In this document: in pieces, positions 10,474 to 21,320 of the stretch
Layout: the number at the start of each line of letters is the position of its first letter
How positions within the stretch are numbered: the first letter of the stretch is position 1
DNA from: Paramoeba atlantica
Taxonomy: Eukaryota > Protista > Discosea
Assembly: GCA_977017575.1 (NCBI GenBank)
Contig: CDRNVI010000009.1
Span: 682,001 to 746,000, forward strand
Length of the DNA stretch: 64,000 nt
Reading direction: 5' to 3'
The notes under the pieces: model-generated
The model's input: the letters and a program-made list of their open reading frames with translations, nothing else
What the model was told of the DNA's origin: nothing
Databases searched by the model: none
Program-made: the position numbers and the translations under genes

Positions 10474-11103
10474 ATGAGCACAACAGATCAGCCTGTATGT
10501 CATTCTCTACCTGCGAAAATCAGCTCTATTTTGTTGCCTCCTGAGCATGAGTTATCACGTTTGTTCAAAGATGCAGAAAACCTACACGTTTCATGGACAA
10601 CAAATACTTCCCTGGAACATTGGCATGGTATTGACTGCGACACAGAGCGTAACATAAAAAGAATACACTGGCCTGGTTTAGGTTTGCGTGGGGTACTGCA
10701 CTGGGAACACTTACCCACTCATCTTTGGTACTTCAACATTGCGGATAACAACCTTTTTGGGGAAGTGCCGTTTGATTGCTTACCTGCTACTCTAGAATCG
10801 CTCTATCTCTACATGAACCAGTTTTACGGTAGTAGCTTGAAGTTGTCAAGTTTGCCACAGGATCTTGAGGAACTTTCGTTGGCTGCCAATTGTTTCGAAG
10901 GCCTTGTTGATTTCGATTTGCTTCCAATATCGTTACGCTTGCTACATTTACAGCACAACCCAAAACTTGAAGGCACGTTTGATGCAGTTGAATGGCGTGA
11001 TTTGATCTACGATTTTAGAGCGACGAAAATATCGTCCAGTAACGGTATATTGCGACGTAGATCGCCCGAATTTGATCATATCGATGCCTTTTATGAGGAC
11101 TAA
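10474..11103 (+). CDS. Short LRR protein, family copy 2
   Basis: LPPEHELSRL..SW..SLEHWHGIDCD cap plus LP..L..L.L..N.F.G repeats. ATG at 10474 is preferred over the ORF-track start at 10324. Confidence 0.88.
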   Translation: MSTTDQPVCHSLPAKISSILLPPEHELSRLFKDAENLHVSWTTNTSLEHWHGIDCDTERNIKRIHWPGLGLRGVLHWEHLPTHLWYFNIADNNLFGEVPFDCLPATLESLYLYMNQFYGSSLKLSSLPQDLEELSLAANCFEGLVDFDLLPISLRLLHLQHNPKLEGTFDAVEWRDLIYDFRATKISSSNGILRRRSPEFDHIDAFYED

Positions 11104-11329
11104 ACGACCTACATATTTACGAAAGACAGGATTTCTGAGAAGGGGTGTCGGGGGGAACATAAGTTGAGTCAACATTGTGTTAATTTTTGAGGTTAACAAG
11201 TAAGGGGGATTATACTCTTTTGCCATGAATCCTTTTCCGAGTACTATAGTGATAGGCTTTGGCAAAACAAAGGGCTGATGGACACTTTCAGAAAGAATAA
11301 ATAAATTGTTGATTCTTAGAGATTTAGAT

Positions 11330-11460
11330 TTTTGAAGAAGATTGGGCAAGCAAACCGCGAACACGTCCTGGTGACCATCGGGTTTCCCATCCAACCTGGA
11401 AACGCCCAGATGCCCCGCACAGCCTCGTGCGCGGCAGATTGGGATGAGAGGGGAGAACTC
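11330..11460 (+). pseudogene. Relic of the 3' end of an RLE-type (CRE-like) non-LTR retroposon
   Basis: Translates as FLKKIGQANREHVLVTIGFPIQPGNAQM, homologous to 56200-56320 (IGVAIQKGNAQI). Confidence 0.5.
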
Positions 11461-11663
11461 ACTCGTAGGATTAATTTACAGTCATGATTATTTATGAATT
11501 GAATGTCTTATTTATGAAAGTTTATAAATTATTCCTAGAAATGTTTTTATGGTTCGGTTAGTTTTGTTCTTGCAACTAGTAGTAGTATACATGTAATTCT
11601 TCACAGCGAAATAGATCCTTTTTCCATTCTTTAACATGCTGTCTGATACGCTCTCAATATAAT

Positions 11664-12800
11664 ATGGCGATCAAGGACCATTTTCCCGATTTTGTTGCCC
11701 GTCGCTCACGGTATCACAAAATTTCGCACAGTAGTGAGAATTTAAGTGATGTTGAAGCACAAAGCGGGGAATTTGAAACAAAGTCAAAAGATAGAAATAC
11801 ATTGAGTTCTTCACCTTCGAGGTCACTAATCACCATTGACGAGGTTAGCACTCCTTGTGATGCATCCTGGAAAATCGAATCCTTTTATAGAGCACAGCTC
11901 AGCGGTTTGCTTCCAAGCGTACCACAGTTTTGCATTGAGCTTATCGTTGCTTTGCGTATAGGGGTTGAAGAAGTAAGCGAAAAGTTAGACAGCTTACTCC
12001 AGTTACAAAGGGCACACTTAACTATCCATTTTCGTTCACCAGCAGAACGCGATCAAGAAGAAAGGAACATTGAACATTTTACAGAGACTATTTCAGACTC
12101 TTTCAAAGCACTCGAAAGGAAACTGCATAAACTTGAGCGTGAAATCGAAAAAAATAAAAGCCTCATTCTTTTCGGAACGCAACACACGCTCGTTTCCAAT
12201 ATAAGAAAAGCAATCGTCATAAAAGCTGGAAAAATATCACGACTGTTTCGCGAGCACCAAGCGGAGTATCTATCAGACCTTCGTTCTCACAAAGCAAAGG
12301 TAGCGAAGTTTCGCCAGGGAGTTCTAGGGGAAAGACCTGTAAGCTTTGCTGTGAACGTAGACAACTGCGACGCAAAGGAGCGCGCGACGCTTGATACTAA
12401 GGAAGACTCCTTTGAAAATGATTTTGAAAAGTTGGATCGCTTAGAGCAGCTCGACCGTTATGAGGCCGAGGGGATGTCTACAGAGGAAGCACAGGCAATG
12501 CTTCTGCAGCAACAAGAGCTTCAGAGGAATGACACAGAACTGCTACGGATACGAAAGTCAATACGATCTGTGCACGATCTGTTCTCTACTGTCAATTCTT
12601 TTGTAACGGAGCAGGGAACTTTGCTGGACCGGATCGACTGTAACCTTACGATGACTCGGGATCATGTGACTTCTGGAGTTCAAGAGCTAATCAAAACAAG
12701 AAAGTACCAGAGACAGACAAAGTACAAGCTCATCTTTTTGCTTATATTTGTTTTGATTCTTAGTGCCGTAGTATTAATAGGGGTTCGCGTTGCAAAGTAG
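11664..12800 (+). CDS. STX16: Qa-SNARE syntaxin 16 / Tlg2-like
   Basis: N-peptide MAIKDHFPDFV, Habc-like helices, SNARE motif VHDLF..V...VTEQGTLLDRIDCNL, C-terminal transmembrane segment. Confidence 0.85.
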   Translation: MAIKDHFPDFVARRSRYHKISHSSENLSDVEAQSGEFETKSKDRNTLSSSPSRSLITIDEVSTPCDASWKIESFYRAQLSGLLPSVPQFCIELIVALRIGVEEVSEKLDSLLQLQRAHLTIHFRSPAERDQEERNIEHFTETISDSFKALERKLHKLEREIEKNKSLILFGTQHTLVSNIRKAIVIKAGKISRLFREHQAEYLSDLRSHKAKVAKFRQGVLGERPVSFAVNVDNCDAKERATLDTKEDSFENDFEKLDRLEQLDRYEAEGMSTEEAQAMLLQQQELQRNDTELLRIRKSIRSVHDLFSTVNSFVTEQGTLLDRIDCNLTMTRDHVTSGVQELIKTRKYQRQTKYKLIFLLIFVLILSAVVLIGVRVAK

Positions 12801-12959
12801 AATACAAAGATAAGATGACTTGCACACACTTCACCTCGGCATTTATTCCATCTCAAGGAAGTTTCGCAACATTTCGGAACCAAGCTCGTTATTAAGGTGT
12901 GTCAGATTTACCTCACACTTACCTTTCTTCCTCTCTTTTATCCTTTTTTCCGGATATCC

Positions 12960-13690
12960 AATTCTCGCATTATTCCTCTCTCCAACCTCTACCACTTTCC
13001 TCCACCCTCACCCCCTCCCCCCATGGACACCCCCATCCACAAATACTACGTCGGCACGCAAACCACCCGGGACCAAGCCCACCGGTTCATGGACCGCGCC
13101 CTACGGGACTACGCCCCCACGCTCCTCACCATTGTCGACGAGTTTGCAAAGCCCGCGACGGGAACCGGAGATAAGCACTTCGACTCAAAAACTGAAATGT
13201 CTCCCTCCCCCCCCAGACTGCCGTATCTTCCTCTGGTCGTGGCCGTGACCCCCCCGGGGGTTGTGCGGGATGTGCTCAACACGTTATGGGGGGTGCAGTC
13301 CCCTCCCGGGGATGGGGCCATGGCCCCGGGGCGTGCCGAACTGAACCCCGAGGCCCTGGAGGGGCTGCTGCGGCGCCACCCCGAGCGCGGCTCGGAGGTC
13401 CGGGAACTGTGTGTCCTGTTAGCGAAGTTTGCCGCGTCCGGGGTGCGGGTGTTCTTTGTGTGGACCACCGACGGGGCGCTGCTTCCGGTGGTGGGGGGGA
13501 GCGGGGGGGAGGGGGGGGAGGAGGGGGAGGGGTGGGAAAAGCTCAGCGCGCGGGATGTTTCGCGGTTGACGGGGATTATGAATCGGGTGCTGGCGGCGGA
13601 GGGGAGGCGGATAACGCCGAAATCGTAGGAAGGGCGGGGAGGTTGTATTTTTTGAGGGGCGTTCATCGTGGTGGGGATGGCAAAGAATGT
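12960..13690. other. Skew-switch island 2 (switch near 13240)
   Basis: C-rich 12980-13220; hand count at 13501-13560 gives 38 G vs 6 C, with G4-like runs. Confidence 0.8.
13023..13628 (+). CDS. Hypothetical protein (201 aa from ATG 13023)
   Basis: Coding-strand ORF MDTPIHKYYVG... with globular-looking composition; no family recognised. Confidence 0.6.
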   Translation: MDTPIHKYYVGTQTTRDQAHRFMDRALRDYAPTLLTIVDEFAKPATGTGDKHFDSKTEMSPSPPRLPYLPLVVAVTPPGVVRDVLNTLWGVQSPPGDGAMAPGRAELNPEALEGLLRRHPERGSEVRELCVLLAKFAASGVRVFFVWTTDGALLPVVGGSGGEGGEEGEGWEKLSARDVSRLTGIMNRVLAAEGRRITPKS

Positions 13691-13769
13691 GAACGGAAGT
13701 AAACATTTACGTGAGTTTAAGGCATGTATATTCACCATTTAGACGTTAGATCTAATTTATAAAAACAGT

Positions 13770-14735
13770 ATGACACGACAAAAACGGAAAGCTGGAGGTG
13801 CGCAGCCTCCGACAAAGCCTCCAATATATGAGAACGTTCTCTTGCAACAGGACATCGATACAAGCTCCGTGAAGATGTTGTGCCAACGATTAAGCAGTAG
13901 TGATGTTAGACTACGGGATCGAGCCCTTGAGAGAGTTCCTGCGATGTTGAGTGCAAGAGTAAGACAGGCGGTAGACGACACACGTGCGGAGGTGTGGGAC
14001 ATGCTGGAGGAGGACATGAAGTACCTGTGGAAGGGTTTATTCTTTTATTACTACCACACGGATGGCTGGAAAGCCCAGGATGCTGCCGCTGACACGATCA
14101 CCCGGTGGACGTCTGAAGTGTTCTCTAAGGAAACTACTTTGAAGTCGTGCGTGTTGTGGGCAAAGGTAGGCTGGGTTGCACTTACGCGCGAGTGGCCTCA
14201 CATCGATAAGTGGAGATTGAACAAGTACATGTACTTTGTGCGACGATATGTTTTCCATCTTTTGCGAACTATCCCAATCGACGAGTTCAGCACCCTCGTT
14301 CGAAGTTTATTCGCTCATGACGATGTACAGGACCTTTGTATGCATGTCGTTGACGTGCTTCTTGACGAGTGTTTGCGAGCCCCTAGACTTTCCAATGGCG
14401 TGCTTGACGAAGTGTTGGAGACTGTCGTCCTACGGACATTGACAAGACATCCGAATCGAGCACTGCTCAATCGCATTGAGGTCTGGGTTCTGAAGCCATT
14501 AAAACGATTATGCTTCGAAATAGAATCCCCAGAAACAGACCCAAAAACTGCGTCAAAAAATCTGTCAGTGCCCCAACAGGAGCAAACTACGTCTCGTAGT
14601 CATCTCATTAAGACAGTACGCACTCTGGTTAAGAAAATGAAACATTCTATTATTGATCCTGACACATTAGATGCAAATCGATCTAATTTAATTCGCCTAC
14701 ATAAAGATCTCTCCTTAAAAGTCCTGGACGAGTGA
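13770..14735 (+). CDS. RRP1: Ribosomal RNA processing protein RRP1/Nop52
   Basis: LSSSDVRLRDRAL, LWKGLFF, REWPHIDKWRLNKYMYFVRR Nop52 motifs. Confidence 0.9.
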   Translation: MTRQKRKAGGAQPPTKPPIYENVLLQQDIDTSSVKMLCQRLSSSDVRLRDRALERVPAMLSARVRQAVDDTRAEVWDMLEEDMKYLWKGLFFYYYHTDGWKAQDAAADTITRWTSEVFSKETTLKSCVLWAKVGWVALTREWPHIDKWRLNKYMYFVRRYVFHLLRTIPIDEFSTLVRSLFAHDDVQDLCMHVVDVLLDECLRAPRLSNGVLDEVLETVVLRTLTRHPNRALLNRIEVWVLKPLKRLCFEIESPETDPKTASKNLSVPQQEQTTSRSHLIKTVRTLVKKMKHSIIDPDTLDANRSNLIRLHKDLSLKVLDE

Positions 14736-15223
14736 AGCTAAGAGATTTCATGACATTTTTGGGGCGAAGTACGAAAACGTAGTGTGAGCTGTGCGTGCTT
14801 TGCTGTGGCCTATGAAATGACGCAAAACTTGTTCATGCGAAATCATTTTAAAGGTCCGGACGTGTATCTGAACACTTCCCCCATAAGTCAATGGCCTGTA
14901 TTCCATGGTTTGACACGAAAAGCTGAACGCTATCGGATAAACTGATTTCTGTTATGAATAGTACAATACATTAAATGGAAAAACAAAAGAATGTCATTTG
15001 CTCTTGCAAGTAAGAAAACTTAGCTTCTTTTCTGAAGTAGGACTACATTGGATGTTGTCTTTTTGAAAGATTAGAAAAGTTTTTTTCTCAATAGTCCCCA
15101 TGGCCTGGTCACAGGCTAATTTGCATGATGTTTCGAGTTTACCAATTTTTGCATGGTGTATCAAGTTAGCATGTCTGAGCTGACACCCTTGCTCAGGAAT
15201 TCAGCGACATTGCAGTGAAGTTG

Positions 15224-17071
15224 ATGAACGCTGGTAGACCTTTTCGTGTTCTATGCATCGACGGAGGTGGAGTAAGGGGTTTGGTTCCAGCTGTGATTCT
15301 TCTTCATATGGAAAGGTACGCAGGCCGACCGATCTACGAAATGTTTGATCTTGTTGCAGGAACCAGCACTGGCGCACTTTTGGCGAGTATGGTGGTCTCT
15401 CGGCACCGGGACACTCCTGGTCACGTGCGTGATTTATGGAAGGCTGAAAATATGGTGAAGTTTTATTGCAATATGGCTCCCCAAATATTTCCTACTTATG
15501 AGTCGGATTCTGAGCCTCTTCAATCCAGCGTTTCTTCGTGTGAAAGTTGTGCAACAGATAAAGAGAGGACTCAGTACGAAAGAAATCAGAGCAATAATCA
15601 TACGAAAAATAGAACAAAAAACTTCAATGTTCTCAGAAGGCCCTTAAAAGTAACGTCAGGAAACAGAAATTCTCGTGTACGTATTGTGCGTCGCCTTTCG
15701 GACAGGAAAGTGTTACATATCCGTTCACCTCCAATGCGGTTCAATTCTGGATCACTCGTAATATCTGAGCTGAGAAGACGAAATAGAATAATTTTAAACA
15801 GATACTCTAGGAGGGACAAGAACAATCCACCATGGTCTACACTGTTCGAGCCATTTCTTTCCATGTTCCAATCGCGCCTTCCCAAACAGCCCAACATGTC
15901 GCACCCACAATATAAGAATATTCCTAATACACGAGTGAAGAAAAAGGAAACGTTTGATTCCCCCCCCTTCTCCGTGGAAGAACCCATTACTTTGCACACC
16001 ACTGCATGTGAGGAAACCAAGCTCGCGGATCGTATTCTGTACACCGAGGCGGATGTCTGGGTACGACGGTTTACAAATCTCAATGCCTCCTCGCTTCACT
16101 CCGTAAAAGAATCACTCAAGAGCACCACGGCCGTGGCGCCCAGTGCCGTCGCCCAGTCCGTTACTCGGCTGGTCGACAAAGTCCGATCTCGAAGCACTCG
16201 ACTTATCCGCCCAGCGTACTGTTCCCGACGTCTCGAGGAGTTGCTTTTGGAATTTTGCGGAGACGACACTTTGCTGGACTTAAGAAAGCCTTTATTGGTT
16301 CCCGCGTATAATATCACAAAGCATCGTCCAGCGTTATTCTCAACAGGACGCTGCCTGAGTCGTGAAATCGCAAATGGGATGTACCACTCAAAGCGAAAAA
16401 CAGGCCATAAGGTATCGAAAGATCTGAACGGCAGAGAGAAAACAAATAGGGAGGAAATAAGCGAAGGAACCGACAAAGAAATGGATCACATCTCAGTTAA
16501 TTATTACCTTCGCGACGTTCTGCGCGCGACGTGCGCTGCACCCACTTTTTTTGCACCTCATAATATTAACGGAGACGCGTACGTTGACGGGTGTGTGTAT
16601 GCGAACAACCCGGCACTGCTAGCTTTACTTGAAGCCCAGCAACCGGGCAGAAGCATGGGGTCCTCCATGGTGGTCGTCTCCTTGGGGACAGGACGTCACG
16701 TACAACCGATATTACCGAAAGAAAGCGCCTCCTGGGGCGTCCTGCAGTGGGCTTCCCCTGCGGTTGATATCTTCGTAGACAGCAGTTCTGAAATGGTGCA
16801 TCGCCAGATGACGCAACTACTGGGGAACGTCCATCAACAAAAGCTAAGCGTTCAGAGCCAACATAGCCAAAAACGTGTTTGTTCAAGCAATTTTTGCGGC
16901 TCACAATATTTTCGGTTTCAACCCCCTCTGCCCCCGGAACGAGGACCTATTGATAATGCGGAAGGTGAAAACATGAGAGCGTTGAAGACCTGCGCTGAAA
17001 AGTATTTAAGTAGTAACAAGGAAGAGTTCGACAGAATGATGCAAACTCTACTTGCTTTAATGAAAACGTGA
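15224..17071 (+). CDS. Patatin-like phospholipase with a long low-complexity insertion
   Basis: LCIDGGGVRG, GTSTG (catalytic Ser), ATCAAPTFF, YVDGCVYANNP (catalytic Asp), VVSLGTG. Confidence 0.9.
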   Translation: MNAGRPFRVLCIDGGGVRGLVPAVILLHMERYAGRPIYEMFDLVAGTSTGALLASMVVSRHRDTPGHVRDLWKAENMVKFYCNMAPQIFPTYESDSEPLQSSVSSCESCATDKERTQYERNQSNNHTKNRTKNFNVLRRPLKVTSGNRNSRVRIVRRLSDRKVLHIRSPPMRFNSGSLVISELRRRNRIILNRYSRRDKNNPPWSTLFEPFLSMFQSRLPKQPNMSHPQYKNIPNTRVKKKETFDSPPFSVEEPITLHTTACEETKLADRILYTEADVWVRRFTNLNASSLHSVKESLKSTTAVAPSAVAQSVTRLVDKVRSRSTRLIRPAYCSRRLEELLLEFCGDDTLLDLRKPLLVPAYNITKHRPALFSTGRCLSREIANGMYHSKRKTGHKVSKDLNGREKTNREEISEGTDKEMDHISVNYYLRDVLRATCAAPTFFAPHNINGDAYVDGCVYANNPALLALLEAQQPGRSMGSSMVVVSLGTGRHVQPILPKESASWGVLQWASPAVDIFVDSSSEMVHRQMTQLLGNVHQQKLSVQSQHSQKRVCSSNFCGSQYFRFQPPLPPERGPIDNAEGENMRALKTCAEKYLSSNKEEFDRMMQTLLALMKT

Positions 17072-17240
17072 CATGTCTGCGAAAGGTCTTACCTAGAGGC
17101 ATACATGTACGTTTTCTGGTACGAATCATATCAATAATATTACTGGGGCCCAATATATTCACGAGAAATACTCTGTATCTTTGTGATTAGTGTATCTTAA
17201 TGCGAAAATAGGCAACCAATTATTCTAACAGTACTCTATC

Positions 17241-17879
17241 ATGGACGGACAAGTTCGCGCTGGTAAGGTTAGAGGAAGTGTGCTCCCCCAGGAAGTGAAA
17301 ATGTCACGCTTTGTGGGAAACATTTCTGGAGGAAGGTCGGTCATTTACGAGAGTTCGTATTTTAAAGATACTTGGACAACAGCAACGCCTGCGTGCAACT
17401 GGAGGCACGTACACTGCGACATGGAAGGGAATGTTAAAGAGCTGCACTGGGGCAATCTTCGGCTTTCTGGAAGCCTTTCGTGGAGTGATTTGCCATCTAC
17501 TGTCACAGTACTGGAGCTGAGTTTTAATTTCCCATACCCTACGCAACTCACGGGCCAGATCGACACCGCGAGTTTGCCGAACTCGTTGGAAAAGTTTATA
17601 GCTGCCACGTCTCGTTTTGTGGGTAGCATTGACTTTTCGCACCTTCCACCAAAATTAGGGTTCTTTGCCGTAGGAAGAAATCTCTTGTCTGGGCCTGTCG
17701 ATCTGACAGAGTTACCCCGAGGCATCGAATTGATAAGTCTGTGTCATAACAATTTCTCTGGAGTTGTGGATGTATCGCGCCTTCCCCCGAAATTAAAAAT
17801 GGTAGAGCTCTATGGAAATCAGTTACAGCTGCTACAAGAAACCGCACCTGAATGTGTCTATATGGAAGACCCCCTCTAA
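17241..17879 (+). CDS. Short LRR protein, family copy 3
   Basis: LPQEVKMSRFVGNI..W...CNWRHVHCD cap; VDLTELPRGIELISLCHNNFSG repeats. Confidence 0.88.
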   Translation: MDGQVRAGKVRGSVLPQEVKMSRFVGNISGGRSVIYESSYFKDTWTTATPACNWRHVHCDMEGNVKELHWGNLRLSGSLSWSDLPSTVTVLELSFNFPYPTQLTGQIDTASLPNSLEKFIAATSRFVGSIDFSHLPPKLGFFAVGRNLLSGPVDLTELPRGIELISLCHNNFSGVVDVSRLPPKLKMVELYGNQLQLLQETAPECVYMEDPL

Positions 17880-18111
17880 GGTAGACAAAGCAAAGACATG
17901 ACATGTTGAGAAAGTCTAAACTTTTAATAATTAAGACACACTCTCCATGGTTGCATAATCTACGTGCACATCATGTATCATGTATCTACATTTACATCTA
18001 TTTACAGGCGATGGCGCTAGAACCTATGGGGGATCCAAAAGTTTCGTAAAGTGTTCCGTACAATACAGATTTCGTTCAATTAATCTCGTTTTACAAAGTA
18101 AATATACAAGA

Positions 18112-20139
18112 ATGTGTTTATTTCATCGATTAGAGCGCTTACGGCGAGTACTTCGCGAGAGGAATCTATACGCGTACATCATCCCCACAAGCGACGCCCA
18201 TAATTCTGAGTACGTCGCTGCATGTGACGCGCGCAGAGAATACCTTACCGGATTCACAGGAAGTGCGGGAACCGCTGTAGTGACACCGTCCTCTGCCTTG
18301 TTGTGGACCGACGGGAGGTACTATGTGCAAGCTGAACAGGAACTAAGTAAACCCTGGGTTCTTATGAGACAAGGTTTGCCGAACACACCAAGTATCGTTG
18401 ATTATCTCCACAAAGATATCACAAAAAGAAATTCACCTTCATCCTTTGTTGAGAAACGTATTGGTGCGGACCCCAGGTTGTTTACAACCAAGGCATGGGA
18501 AGAATATAAAAAGAAGCAGATCCAGCTTGTTCCGGTGACTGACAATTTGGTTGACGTAGTTAGGAAATCTGAAGATTCTGTGATTTTTGAAAACTCACTG
18601 GATGTCCGGAACCAAATTCATATACTTTCTGATGTATTCACAGGTAAATCTATGCAAGCAAAGCTGAAATATATGCATGCAGAGATGCTAAAATTAGAGG
18701 TTGACTATTTCGTGCTAAGTGCATTAGACGATATCGCGTGGATCACCAACCTACGCGGCAACGATATTCCGTATAACCCTGTGTTCTTTTCCTATGCGGT
18801 AATAAGAATATATCGTGACAAGCCCGGCGGAGAGCTCCACCTGTTTCTAGACAAAGCAAAACTTTCTCCCGACATACAAGCATCTTTACAAGGGTCTGGA
18901 AACGACCAAGAGGCCTTTGAGATTCACATTCATGCGTACGATCATATTGCAAATTGGCTAGAATCTGAACTCCGGGATCTCACTGGAGAGAGTTGTAAGG
19001 TTCGCGTAGCGTATGACCCTCTGCAAACTAGTTACTTCCTGAGTCATATAATTGACAATTTTTCGAGGGCAGTGGATACACTTGAAGTGCCTTCTATAGC
19101 CATGATGGCCAAAAGTGTAAAGAATGAATCAGAAGTTGAAGGGTTTCGTGCTAGTCACATAGAGGACGGAGTAGCTGTGACGCGTTACCTTTACTGGCTG
19201 GAAAAACGTTTTATTCCTGAAAACATGACAAAAGAGATAAGTCCTCTCACCGAGTTTGCAGGGGCGGAACAACTACGCCACTTTCGGAGTTTGGGAATAC
19301 ACTATTTGGGACTGTCTTTCCCCACAATCTCTGCGGCAGGAGAAAACTCGGCTGTGATTCACTACTCCCCACCGGAAGTCATGACTGTGACACAATCTTT
19401 GAGAAGTGGTGATAAGGTTCCCGAGAACCCACCTATCGCTTGCATCACCAATCAAGCTATTTACCTTGTTGACAGTGGGGGACAGTACTTGAATGGAACA
19501 ACCGATGTAACACGTACGGTCCACTTGGGGAACCCAACGGAACAGGAAAAAGAGGCCTACACGTTGGTCTTGAAAGGTAATATTGCCTTACAGTTAGCTA
19601 TATTTCCATCCGAGACAACGTCAGGTCATGCCTTAGATGTCCTGGCGCGCCAATTTCTTTGGAGGCAGGGATATAACTATGCCCACGGCACCGGCCACGG
19701 CGTCGGGCATTATCTCAACGTCCATGAAGGGCCCATGAGTATCGCCGCAAAACCTGGGGCGCGTCCCAATGTGGTTATGCGAGCGGGTAATGTGCTCTCC
19801 AATGAACCTGGGTGCTACCTTCCAGGACAGTTTGGCATTAGAATCGAAAATTTAATGGCCGTAGTGGCGAGGGACACGAAGTATGGCCATAGCAGTTGCG
19901 AAACTGCTACGACATCCTCCGACAGAGTAAAGAGAGATGCCTACCTTGGGTTTGAAGTGCTTACAATGGTGCCCCTATGCCGATGCCTGATTGCAACTCA
20001 GATGCTGACTGAGGAGGAAAGAACGTGGGTGGATAGCTACCACGAAACGGTATTACAGAAGATTGGAGAGAAACTGCAGGAGAAAAAATTGAATGATGAA
20101 CTACAATGGCTGAAGGACGCGTGCCTACCTTTGACTTAG
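18112..20139 (+). CDS. XPNPEP1: Xaa-Pro aminopeptidase (aminopeptidase P, M24B)
   Basis: PTSDAHNSEY, GFTGSAG, WTDGRY, DSGGQYLNGTTDVTRT, HGTGHGVGHYLNVHEGP, SNEPG, GIRIEN. ATG at 18112. Confidence 0.95.
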   Translation: MCLFHRLERLRRVLRERNLYAYIIPTSDAHNSEYVAACDARREYLTGFTGSAGTAVVTPSSALLWTDGRYYVQAEQELSKPWVLMRQGLPNTPSIVDYLHKDITKRNSPSSFVEKRIGADPRLFTTKAWEEYKKKQIQLVPVTDNLVDVVRKSEDSVIFENSLDVRNQIHILSDVFTGKSMQAKLKYMHAEMLKLEVDYFVLSALDDIAWITNLRGNDIPYNPVFFSYAVIRIYRDKPGGELHLFLDKAKLSPDIQASLQGSGNDQEAFEIHIHAYDHIANWLESELRDLTGESCKVRVAYDPLQTSYFLSHIIDNFSRAVDTLEVPSIAMMAKSVKNESEVEGFRASHIEDGVAVTRYLYWLEKRFIPENMTKEISPLTEFAGAEQLRHFRSLGIHYLGLSFPTISAAGENSAVIHYSPPEVMTVTQSLRSGDKVPENPPIACITNQAIYLVDSGGQYLNGTTDVTRTVHLGNPTEQEKEAYTLVLKGNIALQLAIFPSETTSGHALDVLARQFLWRQGYNYAHGTGHGVGHYLNVHEGPMSIAAKPGARPNVVMRAGNVLSNEPGCYLPGQFGIRIENLMAVVARDTKYGHSSCETATTSSDRVKRDAYLGFEVLTMVPLCRCLIATQMLTEEERTWVDSYHETVLQKIGEKLQEKKLNDELQWLKDACLPLT

Positions 20140-20507
20140 TTTTATCAGGTCGTGCAGGCATCTCGAACTCGAGGGGGACACAGTAGTTTAGCCGAGTGGC
20201 CTCTTTCATAGGGTACTCAATGTCATCAGTGCCTATTTCAGTATCTTTTTATAGACTCAACAAATACAAATATTGTTATCTTTCATGGTGCACTATGTGG
20301 CATTGTTACAAAACCTATAGCATTATTTTTACAAAGCTAACTTCTAGCATATTCTAAAAGTATGCAGACAGAATAGAACAACAAATGGTAACAAATTTGT
20401 TACCATTGCATTGGAAATGAATTACCATAACTGAACAACTGTATGATTCATGAATTATCATTATGTTTTAATTACTAGCATATTTTAGTGCAACTTCGTT
20501 AGGTGCA

Positions 20508-21320
20508 ATGGACCTCTCAGATTCCTTTCTGCGGAAGAGTTTCGAAACAGCTGTGCAAGTATTCGGCTGCGGAAACTGGAAGATGATGGTACAGCTTGGT
20601 CTTTTTCCGCATCACGAAAGCGACCACCTTCCTGTATGGGCTCGATTTCTCAGTCGACAAACATCATTGGTCACTCTTTCCGACCTTCACATTGATTTCT
20701 CGAAGATTGTTCAATACAATACCGACCGCTCGAGTTGCTCTTTGTACGTTTTCCAGAAATTTGGTGTAAGTCACATAGAGCAGATAAATGAGTGCGAAAA
20801 TGGCGCTGCAAAAGAGAGGTCTTCTCAAATGAGCTCTACGATCAATAAAACCACAAAAATTCCTGTCTTAGTACATCACAACTGTAGAACCCGTTGTCAA
20901 CTTGCGACTGAGCGACGTATCATAGCAACGAAATGTTGCCACTCAAAAGACAATTCCGGATTAAGCCTTCTCAAAGAAAGAATTATAGTTAGTAGGGAGA
21001 AATGCAAAAGCCCACATCAAAGAAAGCGCAGAAAAGACGAAGGAAACGCTGAACCCCACATGGATACAAATTTGCTGAACGATGACATTTCATACGTTTC
21101 AGAAAACTTCAAAGCTATTGATGATCTTTTTGGATACAAAAGGATCTGCCTCGAGAGGTATCGAAAACGTGGAGACACGCAACAATGCGCTGAAAGTAAC
21201 CCAGAACGTTTGCAGAAGCGCACTTTAACTTCTGAAGAACTTGCTGAATTTTTTGCCATTGAGAAACAAGAGATTAGCACACGAGAGCGTCTACTCACTC
21301 AAAAGTCATCTTGTCTTTGA
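20508..21320 (+). CDS. Myb/homeodomain-like HTH protein resembling p1 (AMTP1) of the MTA1c 6mA methyltransferase complex
   Basis: AVQVFGCGNWKMMVQLGLFP...RFLSRQTSLVTLSDLHID matches my recalled ciliate p1 pattern ALQLFGIGKWKKIMESGCLP...RLLGQQSL..F.GLQID. No search was run. Confidence 0.55.
   Translation: MDLSDSFLRKSFETAVQVFGCGNWKMMVQLGLFPHHESDHLPVWARFLSRQTSLVTLSDLHIDFSKIVQYNTDRSSCSLYVFQKFGVSHIEQINECENGAAKERSSQMSSTINKTTKIPVLVHHNCRTRCQLATERRIIATKCCHSKDNSGLSLLKERIIVSREKCKSPHQRKRRKDEGNAEPHMDTNLLNDDISYVSENFKAIDDLFGYKRICLERYRKRGDTQQCAESNPERLQKRTLTSEELAEFFAIEKQEISTRERLLTQKSSCL

Noticed and set aside
17980-18111. N-terminal extensions from the ORF track (also 10324, 12897, 15215, 35256, 36762)
   Set aside because: They use GTG/TTG or AT-rich intergenic sequence; homology begins at a downstream ATG.
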